Origin: Candidatus Latescibacterota bacterium
GTDB lineage: Bacteria > Latescibacterota > UBA2968 > UBA8231
DNA length: 64,000 bases
NCBI GenBank assembly: GCA_964291625.2
Contig: OZ220089.1
Coordinates: 2,720,001 to 2,784,000, forward strand
Reading direction: 5' to 3'
Each line of letters opens with the position of its first letter. Position 1 is the first letter of the stretch. Below are positions 20,808-29,641 of this stretch, in pieces. The position numbers and the translations under genes are program-made. The notes under the pieces were generated by a model. It saw only the letters and a program-made list of their open reading frames with translations. It was not told where the DNA came from and did not search any database.

Positions 20808-20993
20808 ATGGAATACCGCGTCTTGATCGAGCAGGATGAAGATGGAGTCTTCGTGGCAGCAGCCCCCTCACTCCCCGGTTGCATCAGCCAGGGTGCCACA
20901 CGTCAGGAGGCGCTGACCGGCATCCGCGAGGCGATGACCCTGTACCTGGAGAGCCTTGCCGCGTATGGTGATCCCATACCGCCTCCGGTCTGA
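20808..20993 (+). CDS. hicB: HicB-family antitoxin (orphan, short; 3' end possibly frameshifted)
   Basis: MEYRVLIEQDEDGVFVAAAPSLPGCISQGATRQEAL...PIPPP. Confidence 0.85.
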   Translation: MEYRVLIEQDEDGVFVAAAPSLPGCISQGATRQEALTGIREAMTLYLESLAAYGDPIPPPV

Positions 20994-21013
20994 AGAGACC
21001 GTCGAGCTCCAGG

Positions 21014-21366
21014 ATCCCCCGCCAACCCCAGCCCCACCAGGCCGGCGCCCCACCAGATCGAGTGGCGCCGGAGTCCCCCCCCGGCCCAGAACCCCTGCCA
21101 GGCGCCACCCGGCCCAGAAACAGTGTGTGTGGGCGGTCCCCGCAGGGCGGTCCCCGCAGGGCGGTGACGGCGGCGCAGGCCGAGCCGAGCGGCGCATTAC
21201 GAGGGGCCGCGCCACCAACCCCCGCATCCAGGAGGCCCAGAGACCCGAGCGCAGCGAGGGGCTCGCCGACCCCTCGAACCACCCCCAGTCGATAGACCCA
21301 CCACCAAAGCCCCGCGTACGCGCCGCCGAGGCGCGGCCGGAGCCGCCGGCACCGCCCCCTCCCAGA
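21014..21366 (+). repeat. Structured intergenic repeat, copy 7
   Basis: All blocks present; internal 14-bp tandem duplication GGGCGGTCCCCGCA at the stem start. Confidence 0.92.
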
Positions 21367-21433
21367 CCACCCCCACCACCCCTATCTTCAATCCAATCCA
21401 ACCCAATCCACTCCCCCAAACCGGACCCCCAGA

Positions 21434-23308
21434 ATGCCCTCCGACTACCGATCCTCCATCACCACCCAGGGCCGTCGCATGGCCGGCGCCCGCGCCCTCT
21501 GGCGCGCCACCGGCATGAAGACCGAGGACTTCCTCAAGCCCGTCGTCGCCATCGCCAACAGCTTCACCCAGTTCGTCCCCGGCCACGTCCACCTGCACCC
21601 CATCGGCCAGCGCGTCAAGCAGGTCGTCGACGCCGCCGGCGGCTACGGCGTCGAGTTCAACACCATCGCCGTGGACGACGGCATCGCCATGGGCCACGAC
21701 GGCATGCTCTACTCCCTGCCGAGCCGCGAGCTGATCGCCGACTCCGTGGAGTACATGGTCAACGCCCACAAGGCCGACGCCCTCGTCTGCATCTCCAACT
21801 GCGACAAGATCACCCCCGGCATGCTGCTGGCCGCCCTGCGCCTCAACCTGCCGACGATCTTCGTCTCCGGCGGCCCCATGGAGGCCGGCCGCGAGCAGCT
21901 CTCCACCGGGCCGGCCAAGCTCGACCTCGTCGACTCGATGGTCGCCGCCGGCGACGACCGCGTCTCCGACGAGGAGCTGGAGAAGATGGAGGCCGCCGCC
22001 TGCCCCACCTGCGGCTCCTGCTCGGGCATGTTCACGGCCAACTCGATGAACTGCCTCAACGAGGCGATGGGCCTGGCCCTGCCCGGCAACGGCACCGTCC
22101 TGGCCACCCACCAGCTGCGCTGGTCCCTCTTCGAGCGGGCCGGCGAGCGCATCGTCGAGATGGCCCAAGCCTACTACCGCGGCAAGGACAGCTCGGTGCT
22201 GCCGCGCTCGATCGCCACCTTCGAGGCCTTCGAGAACGCCATGAGCCTCGACATCGCCATGGGAGGGTCCACCAACACCGTGCTGCACCTGCTGGCCATG
22301 GCCCGGGAGGCCGGCGTCGACTTCACCATGGCCGACATCGACCGCCTGTCGCGCCAGGTGCCCTGCATCTGCAAGGTGGCGCCGGCATCGCAGGAGTTCC
22401 ATGTGGAGGACGTGGCCCACGCCGGCGGCATCCCCACGATCATGGGGGAGCTGCAGCGGGCCGGCCTCGTTCACGCCGGGGCGCGGACCGTCGCCGGCGT
22501 CACCATGGGCGACCTGATCGCCGCCGAGGACCTGCGCGGCGGCAGCCCCTCCGAGGCCGCGCGCCAGCGGGCCCTGGCCGCCCCGGGCGGGGTGCGCACC
22601 AAGGAGGCCTTCTCCCAGGCCAACTACCACGAGGCGCCGGACCTCGACGACCGCGAGGGTTGCATCCGCTCGGTGGAGCACGCCTACTCGCAGGACGGCG
22701 GCCTGGCCGTCCTCTTCGGCAACCTCTCCGGGGACGGCTGCATCCTCAAGACCGCGGGCGTCGACGAGTCGATCCTGACCTTCGAGGGACCGGCCCGCAT
22801 CTTCGAGTCCCAGGAGGCGGCCTGCGAGGCGATCCTCGGCGACCGCATCCAGGCCGGCGACGTGGTCGTCATCCGCTACGAGGGGCCCAAGGGCGGACCC
22901 GGCATGCAGGAGATGCTCTACCCGACCTCCTACATCAAGGCGAAGCAGCTCGGCGCCCGCTGCGCCCTGCTCACCGACGGCCGGTTCTCCGGCGGCACCA
23001 GCGGCCTCTCCATCGGCCACGTCTCGCCCGAGGCGGCCGAGGGCGGCGCCATCGGACTGCTGGAGGAGGGGGACCTCATCCGCATAGACACCCCGAACCG
23101 CCGCATCGACGCGCTGGTCTCCGACGAGGAGCTGGAACGGCGGCGGGAGCGGATGGAGGGCCTGGGGGCGGCGGCCTGGCAGCCCCTCAAGCGGCGGCGG
23201 CGGGTCTCGGCGGCGCTGCAGGCCTACGCGGCCCTGACCACGAGCGCCGCCCGGGGAGCGGTGCGCGACGTGAGCCAGGTGCAGCCCGGAGCCGCCGCGG
23301 GAGACTGA
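21434..23308 (+). CDS. ilvD: Dihydroxy-acid dehydratase
   Basis: [68 protein letters not shown]. Confidence 0.97.
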   Translation: MPSDYRSSITTQGRRMAGARALWRATGMKTEDFLKPVVAIANSFTQFVPGHVHLHPIGQRVKQVVDAAGGYGVEFNTIAVDDGIAMGHDGMLYSLPSRELIADSVEYMVNAHKADALVCISNCDKITPGMLLAALRLNLPTIFVSGGPMEAGREQLSTGPAKLDLVDSMVAAGDDRVSDEELEKMEAAACPTCGSCSGMFTANSMNCLNEAMGLALPGNGTVLATHQLRWSLFERAGERIVEMAQAYYRGKDSSVLPRSIATFEAFENAMSLDIAMGGSTNTVLHLLAMAREAGVDFTMADIDRLSRQVPCICKVAPASQEFHVEDVAHAGGIPTIMGELQRAGLVHAGARTVAGVTMGDLIAAEDLRGGSPSEAARQRALAAPGGVRTKEAFSQANYHEAPDLDDREGCIRSVEHAYSQDGGLAVLFGNLSGDGCILKTAGVDESILTFEGPARIFESQEAACEAILGDRIQAGDVVVIRYEGPKGGPGMQEMLYPTSYIKAKQLGARCALLTDGRFSGGTSGLSIGHVSPEAAEGGAIGLLEEGDLIRIDTPNRRIDALVSDEELERRRERMEGLGAAAWQPLKRRRRVSAALQAYAALTTSAARGAVRDVSQVQPGAAAGD

Positions 23309-23360
23309 GGCTCAAGCCTCGAGCCTCACCCGAAGTCCCGGCAGCCGGCCCCCGGTTCGA

Positions 23361-23918
23361 TCACCCCCCGCGGCCCTCCTCCCACTCCCTCCGCAGGATG
23401 GAGAGGCCGTGCTGACTGTGCCACGCCCCGTCGAAGAACACGGTCTCCCGGAAGAAGGCCTCCCGCTGCATCCCCAGGCGCTCGGCCATGAGGAGGGAGC
23501 GCTCGTTCGCGCCGTCGCAGTGGGCGGTGATCCGGTGCAGGTCGAGGGTGGTGAAGGCGAACTCCAGCATCGCCCGGCTGGCCTCGGTGGCCAGCCCCTG
23601 GCCCCGGTACCCGGCGTGGAGGAACCACCCCATGTCCCCCTGGCGGTGGACCCGGCTGTTCACCTTGATGCAGCTGGTGCCGATCACCCGGCCCGTCTCC
23701 TTGTGCTCGATCGCCAGGTGCAGGTAGGCCCCCTCCGCGTCCAGCGGCAGGTCGCGCGAGGTGGCGATGAAGCTCCTCGCCACTTCCTCCGTGTAGGGCT
23801 CGCGGCTGAGGTAGAGGGTGTGGCCGGGCTGGGCCTCGCAGTCGAGGTAGTCGGCCAGGTCGTCGTCCCGCATCCTGCGCAGGACCAGGCGCTCCGTCTC
23901 GATGCGGATCTCGGACAC
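23361..23918 (-). CDS. GNAT (RimJ/RimL) N-acetyltransferase
   Basis: IETERLVLR, YRGQGLATEA, LHRI.A.C...N.RS...ERLGM. Confidence 0.85.
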   Translation of the reverse strand: MSEIRIETERLVLRRMRDDDLADYLDCEAQPGHTLYLSREPYTEEVARSFIATSRDLPLDAEGAYLHLAIEHKETGRVIGTSCIKVNSRVHRQGDMGWFLHAGYRGQGLATEASRAMLEFAFTTLDLHRITAHCDGANERSLLMAERLGMQREAFFRETVFFDGAWHSQHGLSILRREWEEGRGG

Positions 23919-23932
23919 GGGTCCGGGAAGGG

Positions 23933-24727
23933 TCAGTCGAAGAGGGAGGGGAAGTAGCGGTGCGGGTCGGCGGCGTCGCGGAAGAGGATCTGCTGGCGCG
24001 GCGTCAGCTCGATCCCCTCGGGGGGCTGCATGCGGTTGGCCGACCAGGCGATCTGGGAGACGCAGTACTTGTAGAGCAGGCAGCGCCGCTCGTGGGGCGC
24101 CCTCCAGGCCGCGGTGCCGTGGGTGATCGCCTCGGTGAAGAGGGTCACCGAGCCGGCCGGCGCCGAGGGCAGGATGACCTGGTCGGCGTCCTCGTGGGCC
24201 TCCTGGATGTGCTCCGGGATGCGGAAGACGGACTTGTGGGAGCCGGGGACGCAGCAGAAGCCGCCGTGGCCGGGGCCGGCGTCGGTGAGGTTCCAGGAGA
24301 CGACGACGAACCCGGTGTGCAGGACGTTCTCCGGCCAGTGGTAGCGCTCGCCGGCCACCGAGGGCGCGCCGATGGCCGAGGCCCCGTAGTCGGAGTGCAG
24401 GAAGCCGCGGGGGGAGCCCTGCCGCGTGCGGATGCCGTAGATGCGGTCCAGCCGGAAGCAGTCCCCCAGCCGGAACCGCAGGATCGGCAGGATGCGCTCG
24501 TGGTCGAGGAGGTCGCAGAACGGCTGCCCCCACTGCAGGAACCCCGGCCCCTCGGGCGACGAGCCGCAGGCGTCGCCGAAGCGCTGGACGCCCTCCTTGT
24601 CGGGCAGGTCCTGCCCGTCGATCCGCTCGTTGAGGGCGGCCAGCTCCGCGGCGTCGAGGACGTCCTCCACCACCAGGTAGCCCTGCAGGTCGAAAAGGTA
24701 CTGCTGGGTCTCGAGATCAGCCTTCAT
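23933..24727 (-). CDS. PhyH-family Fe(II)/2OG dioxygenase
   Basis: QYLFDLQGYLVV, LHSD (HxD), VPGSHK, FTEAITHGT..W...ERR. Confidence 0.85.
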   Translation of the reverse strand: MKADLETQQYLFDLQGYLVVEDVLDAAELAALNERIDGQDLPDKEGVQRFGDACGSSPEGPGFLQWGQPFCDLLDHERILPILRFRLGDCFRLDRIYGIRTRQGSPRGFLHSDYGASAIGAPSVAGERYHWPENVLHTGFVVVSWNLTDAGPGHGGFCCVPGSHKSVFRIPEHIQEAHEDADQVILPSAPAGSVTLFTEAITHGTAAWRAPHERRCLLYKYCVSQIAWSANRMQPPEGIELTPRQQILFRDAADPHRYFPSLFD

Positions 24728-24824
24728 GGTGTGCTCCTTGAGGCGGACGAGAGCCCGCCGCCGTCCGGCCCCGGCGGCAGGCCTCCCCCGTCGCCCACGG
24801 CGCCTCGTCCGGCGAGAGACCCCC

Positions 24825-25826
24825 TCACCAGCGGACGGTCCGCCGGCCGCCGCCGGGACCGGCCTTGAGGATCGCCTCGGCCACGGCCACCGCCTTGATC
24901 GCCTCGGTTCCCGGGGAGCGGCACTCGGCCCGGCCGCGGATGCAGTCGAGGAAGTGGCGGGCCTGCCGCTTGTACATCTGGTTGAAGTCCGCCGGGGCCC
25001 GCAACTGGACCTGCTTCCCGTTGGTCCGGGTGATGCAGAACCAGCTGTGCTTGCCCTCGTCTCCCTCGGGCGGGCCCTGCGGTCCCGGGCCGAACTCGAG
25101 GCCGCCCTTGGGGCCGATGACGTCGGTCATGCCCTTGCCGCGGGTGCCCCAGGACCAGGAGATCAGCAGCTGGTTGCCGCCGGGGTAGCGCACCACCGCC
25201 GAGCCGGTGTCGGTGGCGGTGACCGCGGGGTTCACCTTCAGGGTGCTGGCCACCACGCTTTCGGGGTCCCCGAAGATCATGTTGGCGAAGTCGTAGTTGT
25301 GGACCGCCCCGTCGAGGAGGGGGCCGCCGCCCAACTCCTCGTCCATGAACCAGCGCCCCGGCCCCATGTGGGCGGAGCAGTCCCGCCACAGCACCGGGAA
25401 GCCGAGGCGGCCGGCCTGCACCGCCCGGCCCCAGGTCCCCCAGTGGGAGTCGTAGCGCCGGCAGTGGGCGACCATGAGCAGGGTCCCCGTCTTCTCGCTG
25501 GTCCGGTTCATGGCGCGGCACTGGGCCACGGTGCGGGCCATCGGCTTCTCCACCAGCACCGGCACGCCGGCCTCGAGGCAGTCGATGGCGACCGCCGCGT
25601 GGAGGCCCGTGGGCACCGCCACCACCACTGCGTCAATGCCCCCGGCGAGCAGGTCATGGTGGTCGTCGTGGACCGCCGCCCCTTCGTGGTCGGCGGCCAG
25701 GGCCTCGGCCGCGGGCCTCGCGGGGTCGGCCACGGCCGCCACCCGGCAGCCCCGGACCTGTGAGAAACTCGCGGCCTGGTGCCGCCCCATGCCGCCGGCG
25801 CCGATGAAACCGATCTCGATCATCAT
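24825..25826 (-). CDS. Gfo/Idh/MocA-family oxidoreductase
   Basis: IGFIGAGGMG, VLVEKPMA, GGGPLLDGAVH. Confidence 0.9.
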   Translation of the reverse strand: MMIEIGFIGAGGMGRHQAASFSQVRGCRVAAVADPARPAAEALAADHEGAAVHDDHHDLLAGGIDAVVVAVPTGLHAAVAIDCLEAGVPVLVEKPMARTVAQCRAMNRTSEKTGTLLMVAHCRRYDSHWGTWGRAVQAGRLGFPVLWRDCSAHMGPGRWFMDEELGGGPLLDGAVHNYDFANMIFGDPESVVASTLKVNPAVTATDTGSAVVRYPGGNQLLISWSWGTRGKGMTDVIGPKGGLEFGPGPQGPPEGDEGKHSWFCITRTNGKQVQLRAPADFNQMYKRQARHFLDCIRGRAECRSPGTEAIKAVAVAEAILKAGPGGGRRTVRW

Positions 25827-25915
25827 CCCCTCCGTCCTGAATCTTGTCTGTCGCCGCAGCCTCAATCTAGCGTTGTTTGCCTCCGGATGCATGGAGCCGA
25901 AAGAGAGGAGCCGGC

Positions 25916-27118
25916 GTGAAGATCACGGACGTGCGCGTGCGGGAGGTGTCGATCCCGCGGATCTACGGGACCCATGCCGCGGACCCGAAGCGGCTGCAGC
26001 CCGACACCGACCACAATCGCTCGTGGTACCAGGTCCTGGAGCTGTTCACGGACGAGGGACCGGTCGGCCTCGGGGAGGTCTCGGACATGGCCGCCCGCAT
26101 GGACCCGCTGCCGCCGGACCGGCTGCGGGAGCTGCTCGCCGGCCAGCTCGTGGGCCGGGATCTGGGCCGCTGGCGGGAGGCCTTCGCCGCCGTGGCCGGG
26201 GCCCTGCCCGAAGACTGCCACCCGGAGCTTCGAGGCCTCACCCTCTTCGGCGTCGAGATCGCCCTCCTGGATCTGGTGGGCAAGAGGCTGGGGGCGCCTC
26301 TCCACGAGCTGCTGGGAGGCCGGGTCCGCGGCCGGGTCGAGGTCTGCTGGGTGGCCTACATGCGCAACGACATGACGCCGGAGGCGGAGCTGGAGGCGCT
26401 GGCGGAGGAGGTGCGGGGCAAGCTGGCCGAGGGGATCCGCGCCTTCAAGATGAAGGTCGGCGGCGATCCCGGCCGGGACCTGGAGCGGGTGCGCCGGTTC
26501 CGGGAGGTGGCGGGCCCCGACGTCTACCTGCGCGGCGACGCCAGCGGCGCCTGGGGCGAGGAGGAGGCCGTGGAGCGCCTGCGCGAGCTGGCCGCCGCCG
26601 GCATCCACGCCTGCGAGACCCCCGTCGACGCCGTGAGCCGGCCCGTGGTCAACGACCACCCCGAGCGCATCAACGGCGACCCCGATGGCGCGGCCTCCGC
26701 CCTCGCCCGGGTCCGCGAGCGTTCCCCCATCGACATCATCGAGCACGTGGCCGACCTCGACGACGCCTTCACCGCCTCGGTGGTCCGCCACCGGGCCGTG
26801 GACGTGGTCAACGTCATCCCCTCCCAGGGCGGCGGCGTGACCCGCGGCCAGCGCCTGATCCACGCCGCCGGCACCGGCGGCATCTCCGCCCTCCTGGGCA
26901 GCACCGTCGAGCTCGGTCCGGGGACGGCCGCCTTCGTCCACCTCGCCGCGGCCTGCGCCAACGTCACCGTGCCCTCCGACCTGGTCGCCCCGGGCCTGCT
27001 GGTGGACGATGTCTGCGCCAACCCCTTCGAGTACCGCGACGGCGCCCTCGAGCCTCCGGAAGGTCCGGGCCTCGGCGTCGAGCTGGACGAGGCGAGGATG
27101 GAGAAGTGGGCGGTATGA
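25916..27118 (+). CDS. Mandelate racemase/muconate cycloisomerase-family enolase
   Basis: EIALLDLVGK.LG.PL.ELLGG, FKMKVG, PEGPGLGVELD. Confidence 0.85.
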   Translation: MKITDVRVREVSIPRIYGTHAADPKRLQPDTDHNRSWYQVLELFTDEGPVGLGEVSDMAARMDPLPPDRLRELLAGQLVGRDLGRWREAFAAVAGALPEDCHPELRGLTLFGVEIALLDLVGKRLGAPLHELLGGRVRGRVEVCWVAYMRNDMTPEAELEALAEEVRGKLAEGIRAFKMKVGGDPGRDLERVRRFREVAGPDVYLRGDASGAWGEEEAVERLRELAAAGIHACETPVDAVSRPVVNDHPERINGDPDGAASALARVRERSPIDIIEHVADLDDAFTASVVRHRAVDVVNVIPSQGGGVTRGQRLIHAAGTGGISALLGSTVELGPGTAAFVHLAAACANVTVPSDLVAPGLLVDDVCANPFEYRDGALEPPEGPGLGVELDEARMEKWAV

Positions 27119-27873
27119 TGCGCTTCGGCCCGGCAGCCGTCGCCGCGATCATCGCGGTCATCGCCGCGGGCGCCTCCCCCGGGGACGCCGAGCTCCACTA
27201 CCGCGGCGGGATCGTCTTCGACCTGTCCGAGGAGACGCGCTTCCTCGACGTCGACTGCACCAGCCAGAATCCGGCCGCCCTCTACGGCTGCGGCGAGGGG
27301 ATCGACGGCGCCCCCCTGGGAGCGGCGGGCGACTTCGGCTCCACCCCGGGGATCGAGATCGGCGTCGGCCGGGGTCTGGCCTCGGTCCTGCGCTTCGAGG
27401 CGCTGGCCCAGTACCGTCCCGGGCTCTCCTTCCGGGGGCGCTCGAACTTCGTGCAGACCCGCGGCATCCAGGCGGCCTCGGCCGAGTTGTCCTCCCTGTC
27501 GGGGCTGGTCGCCGCCTACCTGCAGTGGTCCGGCCGCGCCGGCCCCTTCCTCGGCGGCGGCGCCGGCCTGTCCCGCGTCGCCATCGGCGAGACCCGCCTG
27601 CGCTTCCGCAAGACGGATACCATCGTCCCCGGGGCCCGACGGCTGGGCTCCGCATGGATGGTGACAGCCGGCGTCTCGGCGGGCCTGGGCCCGTGCTTCG
27701 TCCTCGATCTCGCCTGGCGCTACACGGAGTCCCGCGCCGTGAAGACCGGCCGCGGCAAGGGCCGGATCGTATGGCGCGACGGGAGCCACGAGCCCATCGA
27801 GCTCGACCTGGCCGAGACCGGCGCGGACCTGGCCACCCACGGCCTGCGGGCCTCCATCCGCTGGATTCCCTGA
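27115..27873 (+). CDS. Outer-membrane beta-barrel (opacity/porin-like) protein
   Basis: Signal peptide, amphipathic strands (GPFLGGGAG, LDLAWRY), aromatic C-terminal strand. Confidence 0.6.
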   Translation: MMRFGPAAVAAIIAVIAAGASPGDAELHYRGGIVFDLSEETRFLDVDCTSQNPAALYGCGEGIDGAPLGAAGDFGSTPGIEIGVGRGLASVLRFEALAQYRPGLSFRGRSNFVQTRGIQAASAELSSLSGLVAAYLQWSGRAGPFLGGGAGLSRVAIGETRLRFRKTDTIVPGARRLGSAWMVTAGVSAGLGPCFVLDLAWRYTESRAVKTGRGKGRIVWRDGSHEPIELDLAETGADLATHGLRASIRWIP

Positions 27874-27884
27874 CGAGAGACGGC

Positions 27885-28517
27885 GTGGCCCCCTTCACCA
27901 TCTACTTCGCCGGCGACCTCTTCGACCACAAGCACCTCACCGGCAACGCCGTGCTCGCAGGGGCGATCGAGGAGCACTCCGGCGGCCGCTACCTCTGCGT
28001 CCTGCCTCAGGATCTGGAGCAGTCGACGGAGCGCGCCGTCGACATCCGCAACCAGGACCTCAAGCAGGTCATCGCCTGCGACCTCGGCCTGTTCAACTTC
28101 GACGGCCCCGACCTCGACTCCGGCACGGTGGTGGAGTTCATGCTGGCCAAGATGCTGGACATCCCCTCGGTGGTCCTGCGCTCCGATTTCCGCTCCTCCG
28201 GCGACCAGGAGAAGGACGGCGACGACTGGAACCTGATGTGCTCCTTCTACCCGCGGGTCCGGGTGGTGAGCTTCAACGCCATGGCGTGGTACCAGCAGGT
28301 CAGCTCCCCGGGCCGTCTCTACGCCAGGATCGCCGCCGCCGTCATCGAGCAGCTCGACGCGGTGCGGGCCCAGCCGCCCGTCCTCGACGACGCCCGCCGC
28401 CAGGAGGAGCTCTACCGCTGGGCGATGCGCTTTCCGGGAAGCGGCTTCGAGGCCTGCTGCGGCCCCGGCTTCGTGGAGCAGGTGCTGGAGGCGAAGCGGC
28501 GGAAGAAGCTGCTCTGA
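27885..28517 (+). CDS. Nucleoside 2-deoxyribosyltransferase-like protein
   Basis: IYFAGDLF, LPQD, D...V..CD, DSGTVVEF, R.DFR. Confidence 0.75.
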   Translation: MAPFTIYFAGDLFDHKHLTGNAVLAGAIEEHSGGRYLCVLPQDLEQSTERAVDIRNQDLKQVIACDLGLFNFDGPDLDSGTVVEFMLAKMLDIPSVVLRSDFRSSGDQEKDGDDWNLMCSFYPRVRVVSFNAMAWYQQVSSPGRLYARIAAAVIEQLDAVRAQPPVLDDARRQEELYRWAMRFPGSGFEACCGPGFVEQVLEAKRRKKLL

Positions 28518-28518
28518 A

Positions 28519-29634
28519 TCAGGCGAGCTCGTCGTACAGGGATTCCAGGGCGGCGCCCTGCCGGGGAGCGTTGTAGCACTCCTCCACGTGGCGGCGGCCC
28601 TCCCGCCCCATCTCGGGCCAGCGGGCCGGGTCCTCCGCCATGGCGGTGATGCATTCGGCCAGGGCTTCCACGTCGCCCTCCGGCGCCAGCAGTCCGCTGC
28701 GGCCGTCGAGGACGTACTCGGGGATGTCGGCGTGGTGGGTGGCCACCACCGGCAGGCCGGAGGCCTGGGCGTCGAGGAGCACCACGGGCGCCCCGCCCTC
28801 GCCGTCGCCGTCGGCTGCCGTGAGGCTGGCCTGGAGCAGCACGTGGCAGCCCTCCATCTCCTCCAGGACCCGCTCGTAGGGCAGGGCCCCCAGGAGTTGC
28901 ACGCGCTCTCCCAGGCCGGAGTGCTCGACCGCCTCCAGGACCCGCGCCCTCTCCGGACCGTCGCCGATCAGCACCACCTCGCAGGGGAAGGGGCCCTGCT
29001 CCAGCGCCCGGCCCACGGCCATCAGGGCCTGGGGGATTCCCTTCTTCTCGCGGAAGGAGGCGCAGATCAGGAAGCGCACCGTCTCCGCCGGCTGCCGCGG
29101 CCGGAAGGGGATCTGCGCCGCCTCCACCCCGAGGCGGTGGACCCGCACCTTGTCCGGCGGGCAGCCGGCCTCCACCAGGCGGCCGCCCATGGCGCCGCCC
29201 TCCACGAGAACGGCCTCGGCCGCCTCGAAGAGCCGGCGGTAGCGCCGCAGCCAGCGAGGGTAACGCAGGTAGCGGGTGCCGTCCTCGCCGTAGAAGCTGA
29301 CCACCATGGGCAGGCCGGAGGCCCTGCGGGCGCGCTGGCAGAAGTGGCCCTGGTAGCCGAAGTGGGCGTGGATCAGGCAGGCGTCCTCCTGCCTGAGCAA
29401 GCCGCCGTAGAAGGGGTATTGCCCCGTCGCCTTGCGCACCAGCCGGTTGGCCCACCTGCGCGGCGCGGGCCAGGCGCCGGCGTCGTGGACCGCGCCCACG
29501 GGGAAGCTGTCGAGGTGCTGCGTCTCCTGGGTGAGCACCACCGGCCGGTAGCGCCGCAGGTGGGCGATCTGGGCGTGGATCCACCGCGCCGTCAGGGGCA
29601 GGTAGGGGGTGACGCAGTGGGCGACGGTCCTCAC
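28519..29634 (-). CDS. Glycosyltransferase family 4 (WcaL-like)
   Basis: IHAHFG, FREKKG, GDGP, DGDGEGGAPVVLLDAQASGLPVVAT.H.DIPE. Confidence 0.88.
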   Translation of the reverse strand: MRTVAHCVTPYLPLTARWIHAQIAHLRRYRPVVLTQETQHLDSFPVGAVHDAGAWPAPRRWANRLVRKATGQYPFYGGLLRQEDACLIHAHFGYQGHFCQRARRASGLPMVVSFYGEDGTRYLRYPRWLRRYRRLFEAAEAVLVEGGAMGGRLVEAGCPPDKVRVHRLGVEAAQIPFRPRQPAETVRFLICASFREKKGIPQALMAVGRALEQGPFPCEVVLIGDGPERARVLEAVEHSGLGERVQLLGALPYERVLEEMEGCHVLLQASLTAADGDGEGGAPVVLLDAQASGLPVVATHHADIPEYVLDGRSGLLAPEGDVEALAECITAMAEDPARWPEMGREGRRHVEECYNAPRQGAALESLYDELA

Positions 29635-29641
29635 GCGGCCG

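Noticed and set aside
246-21366. Repeat family as a CRISPR array or classical integron attC array
   Set aside because: Copies are ~250-410 bp and mostly kb apart, with no constant spacers and no cas or intI gene. I saw no RYYYAAC/GTTRRRY ends, and the adjacent genes lie in both orientations.
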